From the IMG/VR virus record IMGVR_UViG_2684622541_000015: 45,369 nucleotides of DNA; one strand, given 5' to 3'. Each line of letters opens with the position of its first letter. The first letter of the stretch is position 1. This document shows positions 36,141 to 45,126 of the stretch, one piece after another. The notes beneath the pieces are model-generated. The model was not told the origin of the DNA and ran no database searches. It saw only the letters and a program-made list of their open reading frames with translations. The stretch comes from a virus (lineage: Duplodnaviria > Heunggongvirae > Uroviricota > Caudoviricetes). Both the position numbers and the translations under genes were made by a program.

Positions 36141-39100
36141 ATGGCAGTAAAGATTTCAGGTGTACTGAAAGACGGCACAGGAAAACCGGTACAGAACTGC
36201 ACAATCCAGCTGAAAGCAAAACGTAACAGCACCACGGTGGTGGTGAACACGCTGGCCTCAGAAAATCCGGATGAAGCCGGGCGTTACAGCATGGACGTTG
36301 AGTACGGTCAGTACAGCGTTATTCTGTTGGTGGAAGGATTCCCGCCGTCACATGCCGGGACCATCACCGTGTATGAAGATTCCCGACCCGGTACGCTGAA
36401 TGATTTTCTCGGTGCCATGACGGAGGATGATGCCCGTCCGGAGGCTCTGCGCCGTTTTGAGCTGATGGTGGAAGAGGTGGCGCGTAACGCGTCCGCNNNN
36501 NNNNNNNNNNNNNNNNNNNNNNNNNNNNNNNNNNNNNNNNNNNNNNNNNNNNNNNNNNNNNNNGTGGCACAGAACACGGCAGCCGCGAAGAAGTCAGCCA
36601 GTGATGCCAGAACATCTGCCCGTGAGGCGGCAACCCATGCGACTGATGCTGCAGGCTCAGCACGTGCAGCCAGCACGTCAGCCGGACAGGCCGCGACGTC
36701 GGCTCAGGAGGCTTTTTCCAGCGCAGGAACGGCATCAACAAAGGCCACTGAAGCATCAAAAAGTGCTGCCGCTGCAGAGTCCTCAAAAAGCGCGGCGGCC
36801 ACCAGTGCCGGTGCGGCGAAAACGTCAGAAACGAATGCGGCAGCGTCACAACAATCAGCTGCCACTTCTGCATCCACCGCGACCACGAAAGCGTCAGAAG
36901 CAGCCACCTCAGCCAGAGATGCGTCGGCTTCAAAAGAGGCGGCAAAATTATCAGAAACGAGCGCAGCTTCGAGCGCCAGTAATGCCGCTTCCTCGGCAAC
37001 GGCGGCAGGAAATTCCGCGAAGGCGGCAAAGACGTCTGAGACAAACGCTAAGTCCTCTGAAACGGCAGCAGCACAGAGTGCCTCCGCAGCAGCAGGCTCA
37101 AAAACAGCGGCTGCGTCGTCTGCCAGTGCAGCGTCAACAAGTGCCGGGCAGGCCTCAGCCAGTGCTAGCGCCGCCGGAAAATCGGCAGAAAGCGCCGCAT
37201 CGTCCGCTTCAACAGCCACAACGAAGGCTGGCGAAGCCACTGAACAGGCCAGTGCAGCAGCGAGGTCTGCTTCCGCAGCGAAGACATCGGAGACGAACGC
37301 GAAAGCGTCGGAGACCAGCGCAGAATCCTCAAAAACGGCTGCCGCATCGTCCGCCAGTTCGGCGGCGTCATCGGCATCATCGGCGTCTGCTTCAAAAGAT
37401 GAGGCGACCAGACAAGCGTCCGCAGCGAAGGGCAGCGCCACGACAGCATCCACGAAGGCGACAGAGGCTGCTGGCAGTGCGACGGCGGCAGCACAGAGCA
37501 AAAGTACGGCGGAATCCGCGGCAACGCGCGCCGAGACAGCGGCAAAACGTGCAGAGGATATTGCATCCGCCGTGGCGCTTGAGGATGCGAGCACGACGAA
37601 AAAGGGGATAGTACAGCTCAGTAGTGCGACTAATAGCACGTCTGAAACGCTGGCGGCAACGCCAAAGGCAGTAAAAGCAGCCAATGACAATGCTGAGAAA
37701 CGTCTGCAGAAAGACCAGAACGGCGCTGATATACCCGATAAGGGACGCTTCCTGAACAACATTAACGCGGTCAGTAAAACAGACTTTGCTGATAAGCGTG
37801 GTATGCGTTATGTGCGGGTTAACGCTCCTGCAGGTGCAACATCTGGAAAATATTACCCTGTTGTTGTTATGCGTTCTGCTGGCTCAGTAAGCGAACTGGC
37901 ATCAAGGGTCATTATCACCACGGCAACGCGAATCGCAGGCGATCCGATGAATAACTGCGAGTTTAACGGATTTGTTATGCCTGGTGGCTGGACTGACAGG
38001 GGGCGTTATGCTTATGGAATGTTCTGGCAATATCAAAACAATGAACGAGCCATCCACTCAATAATGATGAGTAATAAGGGCGATGATTTGCGCTCTGTGT
38101 TCTATGTTGATGGCGCTGCTTTCCCTGTTTTTGCGTTTCTCGAAGATGGCCTGTCAATATCCGCACCTGGTGCTGATCTCGTTGTTAATGATACGACCTA
38201 TAAGTTTGGGGCAACAAATCCGGCGACTGAATGTATCGCGGCGGACGTTATCCTTGATTTTAAGAGTGGGCGTGGTTTTTATGAGTCTCATTCGTTAATC
38301 GTTAACGATAACTTGTCGTGCAAAAAACTTTTTGCCACAGACGAAATTGTAGCGCGTGGTGGTAATCAGATTCGAATGATAGGTGGGGAGTATGGTGCAT
38401 TATGGCGTAATGATGGCGCTAAAACTTACCTGCTGCTTACCAATCAAGGTGATGTTTATGGTGGCTGGAATACATTAAGACCGTTTGTTATTGATAACGC
38501 AACCGGCGAACTGGTTATTGGAACCAAACTGTCTGCAAGTCTGAACGGTAACGCATTGACAGCAACAAAGCTGCAAACGCCAAGACTGGTTTCTGGTGTT
38601 GAGTTTGATGGTTCCAAAGATATTACTTTAACCGCCGCGCATGTGGCTGCTTTTGCCAGAAGGGCAACGGATACATATGCCGATGCGGATGGTGGCGTTC
38701 CATGGAATGCCGAATCAGGCGCTTACAATGTCACCCGCTCTGGCAACAGCTATATTCTGGTTAACTTCTATACCGGAGTCGGAAGTTGCCGGACCTTGCA
38801 GATGAAGGCGCATTACAGAAATGGTGGTCTGTTCTACCGTTCTTCAAGAGACGGTTATGGTTTTGAGGAAGACTGGGCAGAAGTTTATACCTCGAAAAAT
38901 CTTCCACCAGAAAGCTACCCAGTCGGTGCACCAATCCCGTGGCCATCAGATACCGTTCCGTCTGGTTATGCCCTGATGCAGGGACAGACTTTTGACAAAT
39001 CTGCTTACCCGAAACTTGCAGCCGTTTATCCGTCAGGTGTGATCCCTGATATGCGTGGCTGGACGATTAAGGGCAAACCTGCCAGTGGTCGGGCCGTATT

Positions 39101-39605
39101 GTCTCAGGAACAGGACGGCATTAAATCGCATACCCACAGCGCCAGCGCATCCAGTACGGATTTGGGGACGAAAACCACATCGTCGTTTGATTACGGCACT
39201 AAATCCACGAATAACACTGGTGCGCATACCCATAGTTTAAGTGGCAGCACGAATGCAGCTGGTAATCACAGCCATAGAGATGGCCGTCGATTTAACCCCA
39301 GTGTTTTTAAAGATACTTATCAATATGGTTATACAAGCTCAGGTCAAAATACCTGGGGTGTACAAGGCTCAGTAGGTATGTCTACGGGGTGGTTAGCGAA
39401 TACCAGTACAGATGGTAATCATAGCCACTCACTGTCCGGCACAGCAGCATCTGCAGGTGCACACGCGCATACTGTCGGTATTGGTGCTCATACGCACTCC
39501 GTTGCGATTGGTTCACATGGACATACCATCACCGTTAACGCTGCGGGTAACGCGGAAAACACCGTCAAAAACATCGCATTTAACTATATTGTGAGGCTTG
39601 CATAA
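36141..39605 (+). CDS. stf: side tail fibre protein (Stf-like), interrupted by a 67-N gap
   Basis: N-terminus [26 protein letters not shown]… closely matches my recollection of lambda Stf. Long Ala/Ser/Thr-rich repeat region; His-rich C-terminal tip (HSHS…HAHT…HTHS…HGHT). Start ATG 36141. Confidence 0.8.
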   Translation: MAVKISGVLKDGTGKPVQNCTIQLKAKRNSTTVVVNTLASENPDEAGRYSMDVEYGQYSVILLVEGFPPSHAGTITVYEDSRPGTLNDFLGAMTEDDARPEALRRFELMVEEVARNASXXXXXXXXXXXXXXXXXXXXXXXVAQNTAAAKKSASDARTSAREAATHATDAAGSARAASTSAGQAATSAQEAFSSAGTASTKATEASKSAAAAESSKSAAATSAGAAKTSETNAAASQQSAATSASTATTKASEAATSARDASASKEAAKLSETSAASSASNAASSATAAGNSAKAAKTSETNAKSSETAAAQSASAAAGSKTAAASSASAASTSAGQASASASAAGKSAESAASSASTATTKAGEATEQASAAARSASAAKTSETNAKASETSAESSKTAAASSASSAASSASSASASKDEATRQASAAKGSATTASTKATEAAGSATAAAQSKSTAESAATRAETAAKRAEDIASAVALEDASTTKKGIVQLSSATNSTSETLAATPKAVKAANDNAEKRLQKDQNGADIPDKGRFLNNINAVSKTDFADKRGMRYVRVNAPAGATSGKYYPVVVMRSAGSVSELASRVIITTATRIAGDPMNNCEFNGFVMPGGWTDRGRYAYGMFWQYQNNERAIHSIMMSNKGDDLRSVFYVDGAAFPVFAFLEDGLSISAPGADLVVNDTTYKFGATNPATECIAADVILDFKSGRGFYESHSLIVNDNLSCKKLFATDEIVARGGNQIRMIGGEYGALWRNDGAKTYLLLTNQGDVYGGWNTLRPFVIDNATGELVIGTKLSASLNGNALTATKLQTPRLVSGVEFDGSKDITLTAAHVAAFARRATDTYADADGGVPWNAESGAYNVTRSGNSYILVNFYTGVGSCRTLQMKAHYRNGGLFYRSSRDGYGFEEDWAEVYTSKNLPPESYPVGAPIPWPSDTVPSGYALMQGQTFDKSAYPKLAAVYPSGVIPDMRGWTIKGKPASGRAVLSQEQDGIKSHTHSASASSTDLGTKTTSSFDYGTKSTNNTGAHTHSLSGSTNAAGNHSHRDGRRFNPSVFKDTYQYGYTSSGQNTWGVQGSVGMSTGWLANTSTDGNHSHSLSGTAASAGAHAHTVGIGAHTHSVAIGSHGHTITVNAAGNAENTVKNIAFNYIVRLA
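36497..36563. other. assembly gap (67 N) inside stf
   Basis: Run of N. Confidence 0.95.
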
Positions 39606-40189
39606 TGGCATTCAGAATGAGTGAACAACCACGGACCATAAAAATTTATAATCTGCTGACCGGAACTAATGAATTTATTGGTGAAGGTGACGCATATATT
39701 CCGCCTCATACAGGTCTGCCAGCAAACAGTACCTATATTGCACCGCCAGATATTCCGGCTGGCTTTGTGGCTGTTTTCAACAGTGATGAGGCATCGTGGC
39801 ATCTCGTTGAAGACCATCGGGGTAAAACGGTTTATGACGTAGCGTCAGGGGACGCGTTATTTATTTCTGAACTCGGTCCGTTACCGGAAAATGTTACCTG
39901 GTTATCCCCGGAAGGGGAGTTTCAGAAGTGGAACGGCACAGCCTGGGTGAAGGATACGGAAGCAGAAAAACTGTTCCGGATCCGGGAGGCGGAAGAAACA
40001 AAAAACAGCCTGATGCAGGTAGCCAGTGAGCATATTGCGCCGCTTCAGGATGCTGCAGATCTGGAAATCGCAACGGAGGAAGAAACCTCGTTGCTGGAAG
40101 CCTGGAAGAAGTATCGGGTGTTGCTGAACCGTGTTGATACATCAACTGCACCTGATATTGAGTGGCCTGCGGTCCCTGTTATGGAGTAA
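39605..40189 (+). CDS. tfa: tail fibre assembly protein (Tfa-like)
   Basis: 194 aa directly after stf with overlapping start/stop; typical Tfa size and position. Confidence 0.7.
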   Translation: MAFRMSEQPRTIKIYNLLTGTNEFIGEGDAYIPPHTGLPANSTYIAPPDIPAGFVAVFNSDEASWHLVEDHRGKTVYDVASGDALFISELGPLPENVTWLSPEGEFQKWNGTAWVKDTEAEKLFRIREAEETKNSLMQVASEHIAPLQDAADLEIATEEETSLLEAWKKYRVLLNRVDTSTAPDIEWPAVPVME

Positions 40190-40260
40190 TCGTTTTGTGA
40201 TATGCCGCAGCAACTTGTCATGGCAGGATACTGCGGCTGATTTGTGAATTTAAATAGTGT

Positions 40261-40324
40261 NNNNNNNNNNNNNNNNNNNNNNNNNNNNNNNNNNNNNNNN
40301 NNNNNNNNNNNNNNNNNNNNNNNN
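40261..40324. other. assembly gap (64 N)
   Basis: Run of N, 14 nt downstream of the RT stop codon. Confidence 0.95.
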
Positions 40325-40338
40325 AATGGATTACATAT

Positions 40339-41709
40339 CTATGATATCCCTGAAATGTCCTCTTCAAGCTCTTTTACTGATTTCGCAATTTTAAATTTAA
40401 ATTTTCTCTCTATTTCACTATTGCTAAGTTTTTTTTCATTCTCTTTCCCTATCCACATAGAAACAATTTCTCGTTTCTGAGATATATGTAGATTGTCAAA
40501 GTTAGGTATGTATTTAAAAGTCTCCGCTCTACCCCTGCGGAGTTCATAGAAAGTTTTAATCAAAGACTTTGGTTTTATTTCTGATGAAAGGCCGAATCGG
40601 CGGATAAGATTATTGATCGTATGATTAACAGCTCGAAGTTGAGCTGTTGACGTTATTTGTGAGAAGTACGATACCCATCCCAATCGTTTACCTTCAAACA
40701 CACATCCCGTAATTCTAAGATTTAGTTTCCACTGACAATATGCAACAGCTCGTTCTTTATCGCGCTTATTTTTAGCTTGTAGTAGAGCGTGTCTATATGC
40801 AGTAAAAATTTTTGCTAAGGATGACTCAAATCTAAGAATGCTCTCATGTTTTATCAATAATTCTCGATTTTTTATGTGGTAGCCCAAAAAGTTGAAACTT
40901 TCATCCAAGCTGCCTACTTTGGATTTTGAGTTCTCTTCATTTAATGGATGTGGGTTTAAATTTAATGATTGAAGCTTATCAATGATATGAGAAGCTATTT
41001 TTGTTGCTTGATATTTTGGTGTTAAAATAAGAATGTCATCAACGTATCGCATGTACCATATGTCATGCATTTTATTGATTTCATCATCGAAATTAGATAG
41101 TGATATTTCAGCTAAAATGTTTGATATCGCTAATCCCTGAGGTACTCCTCTGGTATTATTAGGGATACCTTTGCTTCCTGTGGTTCCACTTACAGTAGGC
41201 ACGATTAATGATGATGTTATTAACTGTCTAATTTCTTTTTTTCTAATTTTATTTTTTATTGCATTAATTATCAATTTATGTTCAATTGAAGGATAGAAAC
41301 TTTTAAGATCTATTTTTGCATATTCAGCATATAGACTGTTGTTTAATGCTTCTTTCAATGAGTCAATTACTGTATGTGGTAGTTTTAATCTGGACTTAGG
41401 ATATATTTCCGTAAGGCATTCACAGAGAGCTCTAAGAGTAATTCTGTCCCTAGCAGTTGGTATGGAAATCTGTCTGGGTGTAGAGTTAGCGCCTTTAGAT
41501 ATTAATTTTTCTTTATATGCTGTAAATTTGTAATTGCCAGAATTAACCTTTTCAAAAATGAAAGTGATCTCATTTTTTATTGTCAAATCAAGTTTTGATG
41601 GGCGAATCCGATCTATGCCAATCGCTCCTGATTCTTTGATTTTTTCAGAGTATACTTTTAGAAGATTTTTTTTCGAGAATGACTTTTTAAAAATTCTGCT
41701 TGCAGTCAT
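40339..41709 (-). CDS. reverse transcriptase (retron/Abi/UG-like; family unassigned) with ~150-aa C-terminal extension
   Basis: RT motifs read directly: KIDLKSFYPSI (motif A-like), RGVPQGLAISNILAEISL (motif B-like), YMRYVDDILIL (YxDD), FNFLGYHI (motif E-like). AT-rich. First ATG at 41709; track start 41715 is TTG. 5' end overlaps the upstream membrane-protein gene by ~23 nt. Confidence 0.75.
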   Translation of the reverse strand: MTASRIFKKSFSKKNLLKVYSEKIKESGAIGIDRIRPSKLDLTIKNEITFIFEKVNSGNYKFTAYKEKLISKGANSTPRQISIPTARDRITLRALCECLTEIYPKSRLKLPHTVIDSLKEALNNSLYAEYAKIDLKSFYPSIEHKLIINAIKNKIRKKEIRQLITSSLIVPTVSGTTGSKGIPNNTRGVPQGLAISNILAEISLSNFDDEINKMHDIWYMRYVDDILILTPKYQATKIASHIIDKLQSLNLNPHPLNEENSKSKVGSLDESFNFLGYHIKNRELLIKHESILRFESSLAKIFTAYRHALLQAKNKRDKERAVAYCQWKLNLRITGCVFEGKRLGWVSYFSQITSTAQLRAVNHTINNLIRRFGLSSEIKPKSLIKTFYELRRGRAETFKYIPNFDNLHISQKREIVSMWIGKENEKKLSNSEIERKFKFKIAKSVKELEEDISGIS

Positions 41710-42238
41710 AGTCAATCCAAAGATATATTAATGGGAGTATATAAAGTGCGGCAGTAATAAATATTCGAAGTAATATCCATAAAATAACAATTATTTTTTC
41801 TTTTTGTGTGGGGATCCTCGTCTTAAGTCCAACTTGAGTTACCCTTGAAATTTTATCATCTATGTCACGGTGATTCTCAACCTCATTGAGCAAATTAAAA
41901 TATTTTTCTTTCTGTTCAAGAGATAACTGTTGACTGGTGGTAATGTCAAAATAGAGTCGCTGTAGTGCAATATAATTCCTTCTCATGGCTATTGCTCGAC
42001 CACGAAAATCTAGGTTAGATACGATCAGAGAAATACCCAGTAGAGCCACTGAAAGTATCGCCGCAACGACATCTGTATTATCTCCTAGAACCTTTGGAAA
42101 TCGCAACGTTACAATTGAAAGTACCGCACTCAATATAGCATACCAAACGAGGATAAATTGAGAGTGTTTTTCAAGCCATTCTAGTCGATGGTGCGCTTGG
42201 ATACGTGCTTTATATGTAAACCAAATATTGTCATGCAT
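41687..42238 (-). CDS. small multi-pass membrane protein, candidate effector partner of the RT
   Basis: 183 aa with three hydrophobic segments (FILVWYAILSAVLSIVTL; VVAAILSVALLGISLIVS; IIVILWILLRIFITAALYILPLIYLWI) and a ~60-aa central soluble region. AT-rich; RBS AAAAAGGA before the ATG. Confidence 0.55.
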   Translation of the reverse strand: MHDNIWFTYKARIQAHHRLEWLEKHSQFILVWYAILSAVLSIVTLRFPKVLGDNTDVVAAILSVALLGISLIVSNLDFRGRAIAMRRNYIALQRLYFDITTSQQLSLEQKEKYFNLLNEVENHRDIDDKISRVTQVGLKTRIPTQKEKIIVILWILLRIFITAALYILPLIYLWIDYDCKQNF

Positions 42239-42460
42239 AAAAGATCCTTTTTAAAAGCGGAAGGGGCAGGATATATTGGAACCGTTGAACATCCTGCCCG
42301 GCAGGATCAGTGAGCATAAGCTCAACAGTAAAATATTACTGTTCATTATCAGAGCCGCCCTTGCATGCGCAAGAGGAAAAACCTGCCCCATCCCTTTGAA
42401 TTATTACAATTTAATGATCTTAAAGTCAATACAAGTGAATGGTGTCCAGAGATGATGAAC
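42239..42460 (-). ncRNA. hairpin-dense leader / candidate structured non-coding RNA upstream of the membrane-protein/RT operon
   Basis: Within ~130 nt: GGGGCAGGAT (42263..42272), complement ATCCTGCCC (42291..42299), GGCAGGAT (42300..42307), complement CCTGCCCC (42382..42389); plus hairpins AACAGTAA-AATA-TTACTGTT (42324..42343), TGAGC-ATAA-GCTCA (42311..42324), CTTGC-ATGC-GCAAG (42360..42373). No ORF of 60 aa or more. Confidence 0.3.
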
Positions 42461-42709
42461 TTAATGAACAAACCACTCGTCAGCAGACTCCCAGGTATCT
42501 TTCAGAGTCTCCTGAACAAAAGTTTTAGCTGAATCTTTATCAGCGGTGCGCGTAACAGAAAGGCCATCGTTGCTGGTGGCTTTTACGATCACTTCTACAT
42601 CGTCATAACGTTTACTGATGCGTCGGGTTAATTCTTCCTTTAACGCATCCACAGCACCGGTTGGCATTTTAGTCATTTTTTCTTTGGCTATGCAGATTTC
42701 AATACGCAT
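42461..42709 (-). CDS. dinI: DinI-family protein
   Basis: 82 aa; MRIEICIAK…[10 protein letters not shown]…[15 protein letters not shown] closely matches my recollection of E. coli DinI (MRIEVTIAK…GAIDAL…ETWESADDWFV). Tandem SOS boxes upstream. Confidence 0.7.
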   Translation of the reverse strand: MRIEICIAKEKMTKMPTGAVDALKEELTRRISKRYDDVEVIVKATSNDGLSVTRTADKDSAKTFVQETLKDTWESADEWFVH

Positions 42710-42721
42710 AAAAGTCCCCTA

Positions 42722-42769
42722 CACTGTATTTGTATACAGTATTATTTTTAACTGTATGGATAAACAGTG
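42722..42769. promoter_or_regulatory. two tandem LexA (SOS) boxes upstream of the dinI-like gene
   Basis: CACTGTATTTGTATACAGTA (42722..42741) and AACTGTATGGATAAACAGTG (42750..42769), each CTGT-N8-ACAG with AT-rich centre; they overlap the 3' end of the integrase ORF. Confidence 0.6.
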
Positions 42770-43867
42770 TCAAGAGGTCTTATTTCTGCTCCTTTGGAGT
42801 TCTTCAAAACGATTATGTAAAGATTTCGGATACAGTTCGGTATATACCTGCCATAGCACGTTTAATGAACGATGCCCTGTAACCTGAGCGACTTCCTCAA
42901 TACTAAAACCAGCCTCAAATAAGCGACTTGCCCCTTCTCTACGCAAATCATGGTATCTCAGATCTTTAATACCTAATTTGCTTCTTACCCTCTGAAATCC
43001 TGCGGTAACAGAAGTGCTGTTATATGGAAAAATGAATTCTGATTTTTTGGGTTGTCGCTGGACGATATCCCAGGCTTCCCCAAGCAAGGCAACTTTCATA
43101 TGGTTGCCTTCCTTTTTACGTGGATCTTTCCTGTCTCTTACTAGTATAGATTTTTGTTCCTGGTCGAGATCTTCCCATCGTAACCGGCATACTTCTCCGA
43201 TTCGCATACAGGACCACACAGAAAATTTGAGGATATCAACGAACGGAATTTTTGAGCATTTATGAGTAGATCGTTGTTGAAGGCCTTCAATGAGCATGTT
43301 CAGTTCATCAGATGCTGGTCTACGATTACGACGGTTTGATTTACCAATCAAACCGAGTTTAAGTAGATATGGACGAGCGCTTTTCGCCGGGTTTGATGTG
43401 TAATTGATTCCGTATACAGGTTTTGCCGCATCCAGAACACTGCCAAGATAACTAACATCGTGGCTGACTGTTGCTGGGCCTGCACCAGCGTTGTTTCTTA
43501 GCCTGCAATGTTCAATTACGTCATTTTCTGTCAGTTCAGATAGTTTGATCGCGGAGATGTCACTATCCATAAGCAGTTCCAGCACATATCTTTTAGTACG
43601 GCCTGCTTTACCTCCGGCATTTGGGTCATTTAAATATTTGTGTAGTAAGTCACGGACTGTAAGTCCGTCAACAGCATTTGATGATGGAATGCCATATAGA
43701 TCTAATTCCATCACTTTCTGTGCGCCCCATGTTTTGGCATGAGCATGTTTAGGGAATGTTTTGCTTTCCCTGTAAGTGATAACACCTTTTTCTTTGATAA
43801 TCACATTACAGCGATAGCGTGGTGTGCCATCGGATTTTAGTCGTTTCTCTATGTTATAGTACGCCAT
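42770..43867 (-). CDS. int: tyrosine recombinase / phage integrase, divergent from dusA
   Basis: 365 aa; C-terminal catalytic region (…HDLRREGASRLFEAG…VTGHRSLNVLWQVYTELYP) consistent with the tyrosine recombinase R-H-R-Y family; start lies 88 bp from the dusA start on the opposite strand. Confidence 0.85.
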   Translation of the reverse strand: MAYYNIEKRLKSDGTPRYRCNVIIKEKGVITYRESKTFPKHAHAKTWGAQKVMELDLYGIPSSNAVDGLTVRDLLHKYLNDPNAGGKAGRTKRYVLELLMDSDISAIKLSELTENDVIEHCRLRNNAGAGPATVSHDVSYLGSVLDAAKPVYGINYTSNPAKSARPYLLKLGLIGKSNRRNRRPASDELNMLIEGLQQRSTHKCSKIPFVDILKFSVWSCMRIGEVCRLRWEDLDQEQKSILVRDRKDPRKKEGNHMKVALLGEAWDIVQRQPKKSEFIFPYNSTSVTAGFQRVRSKLGIKDLRYHDLRREGASRLFEAGFSIEEVAQVTGHRSLNVLWQVYTELYPKSLHNRFEELQRSRNKTS

Positions 43868-43886
43868 TACACGACCTCGTTATTTC

Positions 43887-43922
43887 GGGTTCCCATAAAG
43901 CGTGGGAACCTGTGCGGGAACC
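43887..43922. repeat. GGGAACC-type inverted and direct repeats in the int-dusA intergenic region
   Basis: GGGTTCCC (43887..43894) facing GGGAACC (43904..43910), with a second direct GGGAACC (43916..43922). Confidence 0.35.
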
Positions 43923-43955
43923 TAACGCGAGAAAAATAGCCTGAAATGTTCAAAA

Positions 43956-44993
43956 ATGCACGATAATCCTGAAACACAGAAAACTAATCAAACCAGCGTG
44001 ATGCCTGAAAAAACTGGCGCTTACTGGAGTTCTCGGTTTAGCATTGCTCCTATGCTCGACTGGACGGACAGACATTGCCGCTATTTCTTGCGTCTGCTTT
44101 CCCGCAATACGTTGCTGTATACCGAAATGGTGACCACAGGGGCGATTATTCACGGTAAAGGTGATTACCTGGCGTACAGTGAAGAAGAACATCCGGTAGC
44201 GTTGCAACTCGGCGGTAGCGATCCGGCGGCGCTGGCACAGTGTGCGAAGCTGGCAGAAGCGCGTGGATATGATGAGATCAACCTGAATGTCGGCTGCCCG
44301 TCTGACCGGGTGCAGAACGGCATGTTTGGTGCGTGTCTGATGGGTAATGCGCAGCTGGTTGCCGACTGCGTGAAAGCGATGCGCGATGTGGTGTCGATTC
44401 CAGTGACGGTGAAAACGCGTATTGGCATCGATGACCAGGACAGCTATGAATTTCTCTGCGATTTCATCAACACCGTTTCCGGCAAAGGCGAGTGTGAGAT
44501 GTTTATCATCCACGCACGTAAAGCCTGGCTTTCGGGGTTAAGCCCGAAAGAAAACCGTGAAATCCCGCCACTCGATTATCCGCGTGTGTATCAACTGAAG
44601 CGTGACTTTCCGCATCTGACAATGTCGATTAACGGTGGTATCAAGTCGCTGGAAGAGGCCAAAGCACACCTGCAACATATGGATGGCGTGATGGTCGGGC
44701 GCGAGGCGTATCAGAATCCGGGTATTCTGGCGGCGGTAGACCGGGAGATCTTTGGTTCCTCGGATACCGATGCCGATCCGGTGGCGGTAGTGCGCGCCAT
44801 GTATCCGTACATTGAGCGTGAACTCAGCCAGGGGACGTATCTCGGCCATATTACCCGGCATATGTTGGGCTTGTTCCAGGGTATTCCTGGCGCGCGGCAG
44901 TGGCGGCGTTATTTAAGTGAAAATGCCCATAAAGCGGGTGCAGACATTAATGTGCTGGAACACGCGCTCAAACTGGTGGCGGATAAGCGTTAA
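43956..44993 (+). CDS. dusA: tRNA-dihydrouridine synthase A
   Basis: 345 aa; matches my recollection of E. coli DusA over nearly the full length (…[14 protein letters not shown]…[14 protein letters not shown]…[10 protein letters not shown]…). Confidence 0.9.
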   Translation: MHDNPETQKTNQTSVMPEKTGAYWSSRFSIAPMLDWTDRHCRYFLRLLSRNTLLYTEMVTTGAIIHGKGDYLAYSEEEHPVALQLGGSDPAALAQCAKLAEARGYDEINLNVGCPSDRVQNGMFGACLMGNAQLVADCVKAMRDVVSIPVTVKTRIGIDDQDSYEFLCDFINTVSGKGECEMFIIHARKAWLSGLSPKENREIPPLDYPRVYQLKRDFPHLTMSINGGIKSLEEAKAHLQHMDGVMVGREAYQNPGILAAVDREIFGSSDTDADPVAVVRAMYPYIERELSQGTYLGHITRHMLGLFQGIPGARQWRRYLSENAHKAGADINVLEHALKLVADKR

Positions 44994-45126
44994 CTTTTCA
45001 CCAAAAAGTAGTCAAATTCACCACGCCCTGCGCACCGTCGCGGGGCGTTTTGCTGTTAAATCAATAGATTATTTTTGGCATGATTCTTGTAATGCCAGCA
45101 AGAGATTTCATATTTGGGAGAGCATC

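Noticed and set aside
36600-37560. Possible CRISPR array or tandem-repeat locus in the stf repeats
   Set aside because: The repeats are imperfect, lie in frame within a coding sequence, and have no fixed repeat-spacer periodicity; no cas genes are present.
36704-37762. 352-aa minus-strand Ala-rich ORF and the 336-aa plus-strand Arg/Pro/Gln-rich ORF (36601..37611) across stf
   Set aside because: Both are alternative-frame readings of the repetitive stf shaft region; the stf frame has the recognisable lambda Stf N-terminus and C-terminal tip.
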